Below, in pieces: positions 11,190 to 22,810 of a stretch of DNA of 32,204 bases. The stretch spans positions 1,208,060 to 1,240,263 of the forward strand of contig MU057487.1 of NCBI GenBank assembly GCA_013265495.1, read 5' to 3'. The translations under genes were made by a program, and so were the position numbers. The stretch is from Vicugna vicugna. Lineage: Eukaryota. Each line of letters opens with the position of its first letter. The first letter of the stretch is position 1. The notes under the pieces are model-generated. The model saw only the letters and a program-made list of their open reading frames with translations, ran no database searches and was not told the origin of the DNA.

Positions 11190-11565
11190 TACTGGCTAAA
11201 ATATATATAAAACATCTTAAATGTTCAATAATAGAAATTGGTTAAATGAATCATGGTAGGTACAATGGAGTATTATAAATTATTTTCAGAAAATATTAAT
11301 GATCATAAGAAAGTGAATACTATATAATGTTTCATTAAAAAGAGTAGGATACAAAATTATTTAGACAGTATGATACACCATATATTTAGCATATAAGTGG
11401 GTGTATACACTTATACATAGGAAAAAGACTAGAAGGAAATAAATCAAAAATGCTAACATGTTTATCTCTGAGTATTGCAGGTTACTGAAGTTTACATTTG
11501 TGCACCTTATCTTTATTTTCAAAGCTTCCTAATGTTACTCAGCACTATTTTTATAATTTTAAAAA
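11190..11565 (+). mobile_element. Ancient L1 (L1ME-type) 3' end
   Basis: aaatgttcaataatagaaattggttaaatgaatcatggta...ggaaaaagactagaaggaaata. Confidence 0.7.
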
Positions 11566-11772
11566 GCCAATAGACAGTGCTAAAAAGATTCACTGTAGCT
11601 TTTGAAAAGATAAGAAGGAAAATAATAGATGAGTAAACCCAAGAAGCCTAGGAGACATTCATCAAATAAACCAGGAAGTGGAGAGAGAGTCCCAACCAGT
11701 TGTAGGCTCTGGAAGGAAGAGATCTGGTGAGATCAAAGGAGAGGGTAAGTATGGGAGAACTGTCAGCCTCAC

Positions 11773-11817
11773 CACCACCCTCACATAGGTTTCCAGTGAC
11801 AACACTGGTGTCATCTT
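11773..11817 (-). pseudogene. Fossil exon (45 nt, phase 1/1)
   Basis: Acceptor (T)61-gctatcccttatttAG, donor g|GTGAGG; open frame DDTSVVTGNLCEGG, in phase with the 10462 exon. Confidence 0.55.
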
Positions 11818-11830
11818 CTAAATAAGGGAT

Positions 11831-11833
<3 letters not shown>

Positions 11834-11894
<61 letters not shown>
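11834..11894 (+). repeat. (A)61 homopolymer
   Basis: Directly visible; no retroelement body or TSD next to it. Confidence 0.95.
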
Positions 11895-11898
<4 letters not shown>

Positions 11899-12107
11899 AG
11901 AAAAGTATAGTGTATCCACTGTTTATAAGAAAATTCAGGGGAAAAAAATCTAATAGAAGTAGGGATCCCCTTATTGCCTGAAAATTGGTAAGATATGAGA
12001 CATAAAAATAAAGTACTATTTATAATGGAACATAAAAAAAAGAACATTCAGAGGGCAAAAATCAAAAGTAATAAGCTTTGAATTCAGAAATTAAAAAGAA
12101 ACAAAAA

Positions 12108-12420
12108 CAGGGCACTGAAACTACTCTGTACAATTCCGTAATGGTGAGTACATGGCATTTCACATTTGTCAAAACCCACAGAATGTACATCATCAAGAGT
12201 GAACCCTTAATGTAAACTATGGATTCTGGGACATAATGATGCGTCAATGTGAGTTCATCAGTCGTAACAAATGTACCACTCTAATGTTGATGGAAGAAAT
12301 TGTATATGTGTGGAGACAGAGAATATATGGGCACTCTTTGTACTTTTCACTTAATTTTGCTGTGAACCTAAAACTGTTCTAAAAATAAAGTTTTAAGTAA
12401 AAAATAAAATTTAAAAAAGA
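12108..12420 (+). mobile_element. L1MC-type 3' end
   Basis: catttgtcaaaacccacagaatgtac...gtgaacccttaatgtaaactatgga...gtaacaaatgtaccactct...tgtgaacctaaaactgttctaaaaataaag followed by an A-rich tail. Confidence 0.85.
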
Positions 12421-12669
12421 AAGAAAATCTAACATAATATGCTAATCATTCCATATTTAAGGAGATTTAATTGGATTTATTTAATTTGAATTGATTTAAT
12501 CCAACTGTATTTACTTGAATTTAAATTTTAATATGTGTCTTTATATTTTATGCCTACATTTCCAAGGAAGAAGCAGAATATTTTTTAGGTGAGTGTGCAC
12601 GTATTTGTGTGTGTTCACACGTGCATGTATGTGAATGCACAGATGACAGAATAAGCTACTAGACATAAA

Positions 12670-13590
12670 AACAATTAAAAGAAAATTCTTGCCCTTTAAG
12701 AGAGTGCATAGTCTAGCAGAGAGGCAAATATGTGGTCAGGGACACCCTCTCCTGAAAAAACGTGCTGTATACTGCATTAACTCCAGGGGGCCATCCACAT
12801 AGCAATTAGGAAATGAATGTTATAATTTGGAACTGCTCAGCAGTCTTATACAAAGTTACAAAACATCAAGAAGAATAGACTGTGGGGACTATGTGACGAG
12901 GTACCCATTTTCTTGGTGGCAGTGATGGAGGCTTCATAGACCAAATGATGTAGGGCTTGAGATTAACAGAATGAAAAGATGGAGGGCATGCTCCAAGCAT
13001 GAGCAAAAGCAGGATTGGGGAAGAGAAGATAGTGTTTCATGTTTCCGGAAAGCAAAATGCAAGGTGGGTAATGACAAAAGATACACTGGAGAATTAGGCA
13101 GGGCCCAGATGGTGAGGCTATAGAGAATGAAAATTTTATACTGGAGGCAGGGAGTGAAGAGACATGAAGAGCTTTAAATAAGGACACGACATGATTAGAT
13201 TTTTATTTTGGAAAAGTAATCTTTAGGTAGTAAGGAGGGGTTCCAAAATAAAGACAGGAAGCCAGTGAACTCAACATTGCAATAATCTAAGGGAAAATAA
13301 TGAGGATCCAAAATATGGTGAGTGTTGTGATGGGAAGGAGTCAGGAGAGGAGAGGAGGAAACAGACACAGAGCTATGGAGAAGGTGGAGTCCTGGGAGTT
13401 GGCATCTAATTGAACGTGGTGGTGAAAGAGAAGACAAACTCTCAAATGACTGTCTCGGCTACCTGGCCTGGTCACTGGAGAACATAAGAAAGGGATCACG
13501 TTCCAGGGAAGAGATGAGTGTGTTGAATTGTGAGTGCCTGTGTGACATCCACATGGAAATGTTCTGATGACAACTGGATATTTGGATCAT
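12670..13590 (-). mobile_element. L2 LINE relic
   Basis: Purine-rich antisense L2 motifs (attagatttttattttggaaaag, gtgcctgtgtgacatccacatggaaatg). Confidence 0.75.
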
Positions 13591-14171
13591 TTCCTTTTCA
13601 GATAGATGAATCCATGCTTCAGGATCCATAGCTCCTCTTTATTTGCTATGTGGACACACATCAGAGGACAATGCAATGTGCGGAGGGAAGTGGTCCTGTC
13701 AGCTTAGAGACGACCTTCAGCCCGGGATCAGGGAAAGACTAATGCTGGCTTGAACCAAGGTGAACAGTTTCCTCTTTTCTAAGTCATCATTTCTTTGCTG
13801 TTGGACTGCTGTTCTGGAGAATGCTGGCAGGGTAAAGCATATGTCTTCTCCCTGATCAAGGTGGTGCTTAGCTAGTGTCTCCATACATGGAAAGGACATA
13901 AATGAAGCTGAGTGTGCAGACACTGAGCATTTAAAAACATCCAATTAAGAAAAAATAAATCACTAGCTATCTTGCTATATTAGCATGAAAAATACATTTA
14001 TTATTAATAATATAATTGAATGAAGCTCTCTGGAAAGCATTCTATAAAAATCATTTAACACTGTCCATCATCCAAGAGATTTTGGAGAACAAAATTTCAA
14101 ATGTAAAAATAGCAAACAGAAACAAAGTGATTAAATTTGAACAAATACATAAATATCAAAGTATGTAGTTT

Positions 14172-14730
14172 TGAGGCGGGAAGCCCCATAAAAAAACTGG
14201 CAGGATCTCTAGGTAGGGCTGCTGCTCTCCTCCCAGCACCACCCAGTTCCCTGGCCCAGAGGCTCTATTGCACTTTTTGCCTCTAAAGTGGCTAACTTAC
14301 ACCTAGAATTCTATTGGTTCCCTGAGCTCACTTCTGATTGGTTATTTCATTCACTCCTGATTGGTTATTACTCTCACTCCTGATTGGTTATTACTCTCAC
14401 TTCTGATTGGTCCACTTCCCTAACTTCTGATTGGTCCATTTGTAGTACTTCATTTGCATGGAGCTCACTCCTGATTGGTCTATTTCTACAAAGCTTGTTC
14501 CTGGTTGGTCAACTTCTGTTATACTTTATTTGCATATGATGTTGCAAAGTGTAAAACTGGCAGCCTATAAAAGGCCTATGTAAACCTACAGATGGGGGTC
14601 CAGAGCTTGAAGTGTTAATTTGTCTGGGCCTGCTGGCGTGATAAACCTGAGTTTTCCAACTCTCCGGGAGCTGCTTGATCTCTTTCCTGGATCCAGGTTG
14701 CTGTCACAACTGAGCTGTAACACTGCAACA
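14172..14730 (+). mobile_element. Solo ERV LTR (ERV1-like), family A copy 2
   Basis: TG...CA termini; TSD GTTT/ATTT (1 mismatch); 7 ATTGG boxes, 2 ATTTGCAT, TATAAAA; homologous to 944-1490 in the opposite orientation. Confidence 0.92.
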
Positions 14731-15789
14731 ATTTGAGGAATGGTGAACTCAAAGGGTTGCAGTTGGAGACAAAATAAAATAGAGAAACAGCCACCTCCCT
14801 TTCAAACTACTAAGAAAAGCTTTGTCAATAACACAAAACTTCATCCGTGTGTAGAGTGATGAGTCTGTATTTCTGGGAATGGAAGAACTTTCCACATGAA
14901 AGAAACAGCCTAGAGTGGTTTGTAAAAAGGGATGGGATAATCTGATAAAAGAACTGTGTCAGTTTTCTTGGAGAGAGACAATACATTGGATCTTAGAGGT
15001 AGAGAGTGGGGCTCTCTAATTGAAACTTTTAACGGGAAGCCATTTCGATTACTACTACCGATACAATGCCTCCACTTAATAATAGTAATTGCTAAATTGA
15101 ATTATATCAGTTATGAGTGTATATAAAACCACCCCATATCGTGGCTTATGGGATAGAAATAAACTTTGAGTTACATCAGTTTTATTATGCATTCTTTCCA
15201 GGGTTAATTTGAGTGTTGTTACCTCTATTGTTAAGTTTCCTGTTTTCAAGTGAAATGACAATGTGCTTAAAAGTGCATATTTTAGGAATTTAAAATACGT
15301 TTCTATTTTAGGTGAGAGAAATAAACTGCGTGAAAAGAGGAATTTCTGAAAAACAAGGAAATTATTTTCATCCAAATATCCTTCGTGATTAAAAAATTTT
15401 AAAAGGCTGAAAAGAATCCAGAACATGTTCAGCACTACAATATTTCTGCCACAAAATGTTGGTAGGATGAGCATGTTTATAATTGCAACCAAACAACCTT
15501 CACCACTGGTAACTACAGGGGCAGAACAGGTTTTGCAAACAATAGCTTGTAAACAGAAATTTACTAGGCTAGAATTCTTTTATTGCTTGTAAACATTAAT
15601 GATAATGTTTATTTTAAATGAATACCCAAATAAAGGCAATGCTTGAACTTTTTTGAGGTACAAGTCAAAAGGACAACATACAATTGTCATTTAGAATTGA
15701 ATACAGTTTTTTTTTAATCTTCCTCAGTCTGACCTGAGAAGGACTCACTTCTCATACTCCATTGTATGCCAAATAATGATAACAATACA

Positions 15790-15900
15790 AGCAATGACAA
15801 AATAATTTTTACTGAGCATGTACTATGTGCAAAGCATTGTTCTAAATGTTTTTCATGTGCTGAGTAATCTAAACCCTGCAAATCCTTGTGAGGAAGTACC
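15790..15900 (-). mobile_element. MIR fragment
   Basis: tttactgagcatgtactatgtgcaaagcattgttctaaatg. Confidence 0.65.
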
Positions 15901-16244
15901 TTACGTGATGGAAAAATTCAGCACTATCTACAGTTTTAGGCCCTGAAACTTTCTCAAAAAGATTAGGTAATGAGTTTTGAGTATTAACAGAGGACAGGGC
16001 ACAGTATAAAAATTCAATTCCTGAATGAAGATATTCAAAAAGAAAATTAAGAATGGACTATAGGACAGCCATAGTAATTGGACTTTAAAGAGGAGAAGAA
16101 AACTTAGCAGATGAAGACTGAGTACCTTTTAGAGCTCAGTCAGATTTGGCCTAGAAGGTGAATTCACAAGAAAAAGGATATTGAAGAGAATAGGAAAAAT
16201 CTGCTGGGAGATAGGGACTAATCTTTAAAAATAAAGCCAAAGCA

Positions 16245-17640
16245 TTTGTTTATTCTTGCTTTTATTTCTACTAGGAGAAAATTTTTGAGATATATGTCAG
16301 ATAATGTTTTGCCTATGTTTCCCTCTAGGAGGTTTATTGTATCTTGTCTTATGTTTAAGTCTTTGATCCATTTTGAGTTGATTTTTGTATATGGTGTAAG
16401 GGAGTGTTCTAGCTTCATTGTTTTACATGCTGCTGTCCAGTCTTCCCAACACCATTTGCTGAAGAGACTCTTTATTCCATTGTATATTCTTGCCTCCTTT
16501 GTCGAAGATTAGTTGACCAAAAGTTTGTGGGTTCATTTCTGGGCTCTCTATTCTGTTCCATTGGGACCTAATGAAACTTATAAGCTTCTGCACAGCAAAG
16601 GAAACCATAAGTAAAACAAAAAGACAACCTATGGAATGGGAGAAAAGTTTTGCAAATGAAACCAACAAAGGCTTGATCTCCAGAATATATAAGCAGCTCA
16701 TACGACTCAATAAGAAAAAAATAACTCAATCCAAAAATGGGCAGAAGACCTAAACAAGCAATTCTCCAGGGAAGAAATACAAATGATCAAAAGGCACATG
16801 AAAAAATGCTCAATATCACTAATTATCAGAGAAATGCAAATCAAAACTACAATGAGGTATCACCTCACACCAGTCAAAATGGCCATCATTCAAAAATCCA
16901 TAGATGACAAATGCTGGAGAGGCTGTGGAGAAAGGGGAACCCTCCTACACTGCTGGTGGGAATGCAGTTTGGTGCAGCCACTGTGGAAAACAGTGTGGAG
17001 ATTCCTCAAAAGACTAGGAATAGACTTACCATATGACCCAGGAATCCCACTCCTGGGCATATTTCCAGAAGGAACCCCACTTCAAAAAGACACCTGCACC
17101 CCAATGTTCATAGCAGCACTATTTACAATAGCCAAAACATGGAAACAGCCTAAATGTCCATCAACAAGTGACTAGACAAAGAAGATGTGGTATATTTATA
17201 TAATGGAATACTACTAAGCCATAAAAACTGACAACATAACGCCATTTGCAGCAACATGGATGCTCCTGGAGAATGTCATTCTAAGTGAAGTAAGCCAGAA
17301 GGAGAAAGAAAAATACCATATGAGATTGCTCATATGTGGAATCTAAAAAACAAAAACAAAAACAAACAAACAAAGTGTAAATACACAAAAGAAATAGACT
17401 CATAAACATAGAATACAGACTTGTGGTTGCCAGGGTGGCAGAGGATGGAAGGGATAGACTGGGATTTCAAAACTGTAGAATAGATAAACAAGATTATACT
17501 GTATAGCACAGGGAATCACAGAGGAAAAAGTGTGATAATGAGTGTGTATATGTCCATGTATGACTGAAAAATTGTGCTGAACACTAGAATTTGACACAAC
17601 ATTGTAAAATGATTATAAATCAATAAAAAATGTTTTAAAA
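16245..17640 (+). mobile_element. 5'-truncated, 5'-inverted L1 (ORF2 C-terminus, 3' UTR and polyA); inactive
   Basis: 16245-16564 is antisense ORF2 (QWNRIE...KARINK). 16562 onward is sense (WDLMKL...[18 protein letters not shown]), with a frameshift and a premature stop. TSD aaaaa(t/a)aaagccaaagca at 16227-16244 and 17639-17656, at a TT/AAAA site. Confidence 0.97.
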
Positions 17641-17714
17641 AAAAAAAGCCAAAGCAGCACATGTTCCCCATAACCCTAGTTTTTTGGTCATTGTGTAACT
17701 TGGGCTATTCACAA

Positions 17715-17930
17715 AGGCAGTGTGGGTAGAAGAAAGGATTCTGGACAGAGGGTCCAAGAAACTGAGTTTTCATCTTTATTCTGTTGTTTATCAGCCATAT
17801 GACACTTTACAAGTCACTCCTCTTCTCTGAGCTTTATTTCCTTATTCTAAAATAAAAGCAGTGATATGTTGGTATCGTTGTGAATATTATACAGATAATA
17901 TGCTTTTAAAAGTGTAAAATGCCAAACAAG
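17715..17930 (+). mobile_element. MIR SINE
   Basis: aggcagtgtgggtagaagaaagga...caagtcactcctcttctctgagctttatttcc. Confidence 0.7.
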
Positions 17931-18916
17931 TGAAAGATATTGTCTGCATTCTTTTCAGGTTCAGTCACTGGACATTATTCTTCCTTTTCTTGATCTTTTT
18001 TCTTGTTGGCAAAACAAAGTATCTTGGCATCAGCTTAGAATTCAGTTATGCTAAGCTTTTGAAATTCTTAAATAAAAAAGCAGTTAGGTGAAGGAAAGAG
18101 AATGTGTTTCTGAGCCTGGAGCAGGACTAAATTCCTGAGCCTACACTTCAACAATTCCTATACTCAGGTCAACAAGTTGCAGGTCAATAGAATGCATCTT
18201 CTGTGGATGGCTCCGGGCAAGGGATAAGCCTGAACTTGGAATCAGACACAACTCAACAACAGATAGTACAAACGACCAGCTTAACAATCTATATTGTGTA
18301 AGAGATAATTTACTGTCTGATCACAGTCTATAAATCTTGGAGAAGTTTAGGTTAACAGAGGGTTACTCTATCCATCATAGGTCTAACCCTCTTCCTAGCC
18401 ACCCTGTCCTGACGAACTCAGCTCTAGCAGTGTCTGGAGGTTTGATATAGCACGATGGCAAGTAGGGGAAGCGGAGGAGGCCAGCCTGGGCTTCAGAGTT
18501 ACAGTGGTGTGGCTGGAGGCAGTGGAAAAACATCGTATGTTGTGCCCAAGAGAGTGCTGTTACTCTAGAGCCAGAGGTGATGGCAGAAAATCACATAATG
18601 TATCCACTGGGGCCAGAACAAAAGTCTGAGCTATGTTCGGGAATAAATCAGGACAGAGGAACCGAGCCAGTGAGATAGGAAACCAGCCTAACAAAGTTTT
18701 GGTTTGCCGTGCTGACATCCAGAGTAGATCCATTAAAAGAAGTTACAATTAGTGTATAACTAGAGTAAATATAACATATATATGTATATAGTTATTGTGG
18801 AGTTTTTTTTGGTTTTTTCCTAACATTGTGAATACATACTTCCATTCATAAAACATTTCAAGAAATAATTAACAATGGATCACTGATAATGGGGACATCG
18901 GCATTAGGCACCTCAC

Positions 18917-19040
18917 GGCAACATCACTCTGACCACTGTTTGTGATGCTGGACCCTAGGATTGTTACGGTCTTTTGAGTTTTCGCATTGTTTGGATTGTG
19001 AGCAATCAAGAGTCTCTGCAACATTTTCAAAATTACTGAC
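18917..19040 (-). pseudogene. Fossil exon (124 nt), ankyrin-like, frame open
   Basis: Acceptor taatgaattttccAG, donor gcc|GTGAGG. SVILKMLQRLLIAHNPNNAKTQKTVTILGSSITNSGQSDVA resembles LL..GA.VNAKT..G.TPL..A...G..DV. Confidence 0.7.
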
Positions 19041-19459
19041 CTGGAAAATTCATTAACCACACACACACAAAATAAAACTCAGTGCCAACAAAGGAAAAGC
19101 ACAAAGGCAGAGAAAATAAAATATTAGGAGGAATGATACTTATTCCAGTAGTTGGGTAGAAAATCAGCTAAAATCTTTCACAAGTGAATTGAAGTGAATT
19201 ACAATGAAAACCTGAGAAAAAGATAACTGACTCCCAGAGAATGGTTCATTAAACCTGGGAGGAAAGACAAAGTCAAGGTGAATTAACAGCATGTTTGCTA
19301 TTGATTCTGTTTAAAACTTTGACTTAGAATCTTGAAATTTTCACTGAAAAGGTATACCCCCTAAATTCTAATCATCTCCACAGGTTATAAATGAATATAA
19401 AAATTTGAAAAAATGTTTTGAAACAACACATCAAGTGATAGTTTTTAAAAATGGAACAG

Positions 19460-19486
19460 TTGTAAACTGACTATACCTCCGTTTAA
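19460..19486 (+). mobile_element. Micro-insertion of the extreme 3' end of an L1
   Basis: ttgtaaactgactatacctccgtttaa flanked by a 13-bp TSD aaaaatggaac(a/g)g (19447-19459 and 19487-19499) at TTTTT/AAAAA. Confidence 0.8.
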
Positions 19487-19822
19487 AAAAATGGAACGGC
19501 AGACAGAAGTTGAAAAGTGGAGAAAAAGAAATAATGCTCACTTGTCATAATTTCTGAGATTTATTCCTAACTTCCTAACTTCCCCCTTCCCATGTAAGAG
19601 TGCAGGGGGATAGTAAAGACCAAGAGAGGCGGATGGCTTAATTCTCCAGAGGAGCACAGGTTCAGACTTGCTATGTGGAAGAGCAGGGTTTTCGTATAAA
19701 AGTGACTGCCCTGTGCAATGTCACCTAACATTGATTATTTACGTCAGAGGGTCTTGGCCTGTTAACAAAAAGGAGTGGGATGTTATGTGATGTTATGCAG
19801 CTGACAGCAGCCCTTGCCTTAC

Positions 19823-19868
19823 CTTGAATCCATGACTTTAGATAATCTAGATGTCAACATGTTTTCCC
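19823..19868 (-). pseudogene. Fossil exon (46 nt)
   Basis: Near-consensus sites ttttttctccccttAG and aag|GTAAGG. Frame 0 reads GKTC*HL, like the ankyrin GxTxLHL motif. Confidence 0.65.
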
Positions 19869-20833
19869 CTAAGGGGAGAAAAAACCCGGTGTGACATTTT
19901 TCAAAGTATGTAGGAGAAAACCAAGCTGAATGTGGCTAACCAACACTTAGGATTTGTATGATAGTATTTTAAAAGAAAACTGATGACTTTCTTCTTTCTA
20001 GAGTTTTTAGAAACCTTTGCAACAACAACAACAATAATAATAATACAAGGATGTTGAATATAATGTAATATGGTGGGATAAGAAAACAGATATTAATCAA
20101 CATGATTTTTCTCTCATTCACTGTCTGCCCCTCTAAACCACCCTCCTGCTTTTAGCCTCAGAGAGGTGGGTTCCTGTTTGGTCCGTTGGGAGACTGAACA
20201 CTTGCCTGGCAATCAAACGTGACAACATCTTGATTTTTAAACTTAAATTTTAAATAGAAAGATTTAAGAGGCAGATAAAGGTGATGGGGGGGAAGGAATT
20301 CTGTCTGTTCTCTCTGCCCTCCCCATACAGATGTGAGAAGGGAAGGGAGGAAGGGCTGAAGAGTTGAGTGTAAGTGTGGGGAGCCTGCCTCCCCCTACTT
20401 CCTCAGGTGAAGTGCAGAGTTGGCAAAAGGCACCACACAAATATAACCATCTTTCCAAGCATCTTCTTCCTCCCTTCACTCCCCTTAAGTTTGATGACCC
20501 CCAAGTGGAGAATCTGTGCCTTCTGTTCTAGGTGAGGTCCAGGGAAACGGCAAGCTTCCAGAAAAGAAAGCACCCATCCCCATTCATGTTGGTGCAGCAT
20601 GTAAGTGCAAATCTAGCATGAGAGTAAGCATGAGAGGGCTGGAGGAAGGTCCCCTGGTCTGAGTCTCATCAACTGGACAAAGGGAGGTCAAATTTGATGG
20701 AACTGGTACAGCATGGGCACTCTCCACTAGAAATCTGTTGAGTCCATGGCTACATCTCAGCAGACTGTCATCTGCAGGCAGTGGAATTGACTTCCAGGAC
20801 CACCTCTTTGCCCTTTAAAAGACTGTGATTTAC

Positions 20834-20906
20834 TTCCTTTGCTGAAGACCCGGCAAATCAGACCAAGGCTGAGAAGTTGACCCTTCTTTCCCCACCCATG
20901 GCAGCA
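20834..20906 (-). pseudogene. Fossil exon (73 nt), ankyrin-like
   Basis: Acceptor gttcccctctctcAG, donor gaa|GTAAAT; AAMGGERRVNFSALV*FAGSSAKE. Confidence 0.6.
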
Positions 20907-21307
20907 CTGAGAGAGGGGAACAAAAGGCATACATCTTGGAATGACTGAGTTTACAAACTTATGGTTGAAAAAGCCCTTAGTTTACCTGATGTGACAAGAC
21001 TAAATTTTTACATCCGGTGGGGGGGAAAAAAAACCAGATGGTGGGCTTCAAGTTAGAAAATAATTTTAGCATTTGAAGATGAAAGTTTTACTTTCTTGTA
21101 CACTATGAACTTTGTGCCTGCTGCTAATAATAATCGTTTCAAATAAGCTCTTTTGGGGATCTCTGTCCCTTTCCTTATGTGCCTGGATAATTATTTGGCT
21201 GCCACCAAAGCAGCAATCTGAGTTGTACAGCAGCCAAGAAAATCTCAGATCCTATGTTTGCTAATTGGACGTAACAATCCACACTCAGGGGCAGCAGGGA
21301 AAATGGG

Positions 21308-22625
21308 CTTTACTCTGCCGGAATTGTTTGGGCTTCCATTTTTTGGTTAGCCCCAGTCTCTCATTCCAAATTCCTTGACCCCAAAGCTACTTTCCTGGCG
21401 TATAGCACCCAATTCTCTACTCCAGTATAAGAAATGCTCATTCTTCCACGATATCTGGAGAGGAGAAGGCTTTCTGTGGGAGAAGATGAGGGTTTGCCGC
21501 TGGCTAGAGCTTTGTGCTTCTCTGCAACTTGACCACTTTAGAATTAATAAGAGTAAATATTAGAATTAATCCACAAGGAACCAGGAGTCATAAACATTAG
21601 TCAATAATATTCTGGCATATAATCTTTCCATTTAAAAAAATCCGATAAATACAAATCATAGCTTATAAATCAAATTAGTAAGAAACAAGTGAGTCAATGA
21701 TATCGCTCTAGGTTTAATTAAGTAAAATTTGAAAACTTATAGTTCTTAAATTATAAAATGGAGTCCCAGATGATCACTTCTGCCTGATCTCTGCAGGAGA
21801 TGCTTAGGTTATAAAGGAATGTTTGGGGGAAAAGTAGATTATTTAGATTGAATCTTGAAATGATTCTTGAAGATTTCCATTTTTCCCCCTCTCTATACAA
21901 AGTTTGAAGCAGAGAAAATGATGATAAAGAGGACATGACTTTGGTCATTTAGAACTTTGAATAAGCCAAGGTGCTTTGATTTGAAGAATACTTCTATTTT
22001 TCTTAAAAAGAGCACTTCTATTTTCTTAGGGTGCAATATACTAACAAAACTTCCATTTCTATTACTTTTTATAGGTTTTTTCCTGGGTTCGGGTTGTTTG
22101 CATCTACTATTTGACATGATCTCTACAGCACGTCTTATCTTTTCCCATTTTACAAAGGGACATTTATAACCTGAGGGGTTAGGTGACATGTTAAAGGGTT
22201 AGGTGACTTATACTAGAAGCCAGAAGGAACTCTTGCCTTCTGGCCCAGAACCCATTGATTCATTCTGTCTCAACTGTTCTATGCCCCAGGGACACAGCAG
22301 AGATGAAAAAGTCCCTTACGCAAAATGGATAGTGTGTTAGGTAGTAGTCCTTACTTTGCCAGGACTGTTTTGGTTTCCATTTTTCGGTTAGCCCTAATTC
22401 CCCTTTCCAAGTCCTCTGACCCCTGAAGCTACTTTTCTGGTGAATCACACCCCAATTCTCCACCAGGTCTAAGAAACGCTCATTCCATTACATCTGGAGA
22501 GGCCAAGGCTTTCTGTGGGAGAAGATGAGGGTTTGCAGGTAGACAGAGTTTGCGCTTCTCAGAAACCTGATCACTTTGGAATTAATAAGAGCAAATATTA
22601 AAATTAGTTCACAAGGTACTAGAAG
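21308..22625. repeat. Old direct duplication of ~280 bp: 21308-21587 and 22349-22625
   Basis: Colinear by eye at roughly 75-80% identity, including the identical run aaggctttctgtgggagaagatgagggtttgc. Confidence 0.92.
22355..22573 (-). pseudogene. Fossil exon candidate (219 nt) inside the duplicated unit
   Basis: Acceptor ctcttattaattccaaAG, donor aa|GTAAGG. One frame has a single stop: IRFLRSANSVYLQTLIFSHRKPWPLQM*WNERFLDLVENWGVIHQKSSFRGQRTWKGELGLTEKWKPKQSWQ. Confidence 0.45.
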
Positions 22626-22687
22626 CCCCTTACAAAAAGGGAGAAAAATACGGCATGCAAAGGGATCTGGAGTGGGGAAGGGAAGTA

Positions 22688-22689
<2 letters not shown>

Positions 22690-22723
<34 letters not shown>
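22690..22723. repeat. (TG)n microsatellite
   Basis: Directly visible. Confidence 0.95.
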
Positions 22724-22727
<4 letters not shown>

Positions 22728-22810
22728 GGAGGGAAGGAGGGAGAGAGGGGGTAAAATGTGGGAAGGGATCACACAAATATCTGGGGGAAAGAGAAGTACT
22801 GGCCAGAGGA

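Noticed and set aside
11648..12047. Poly-Phe ORFs
   Set aside because: Artefact of translating the A61 run.
14325..14480. Regularly spaced CTGATTGG repeats as a CRISPR-like array
   Set aside because: Eukaryotic LTR U3 tandem CCAAT units with no unique spacers or cas genes.
944..14730. The two family-A LTRs as ends of one provirus
   Set aside because: Opposite orientation, separate TSDs, and no PBS or internal retroviral genes.
14900..15050. IKELCQFSW as a mononegaviral L-protein motif (endogenous viral element)
   Set aside because: No GGIEG or GDNQ motif nearby; too weak without a search.
16218..17175. ORFs up to 130 aa as host CDS
   Set aside because: They are L1 ORF2 fragments, or their antisense, from a truncated and frameshifted copy.
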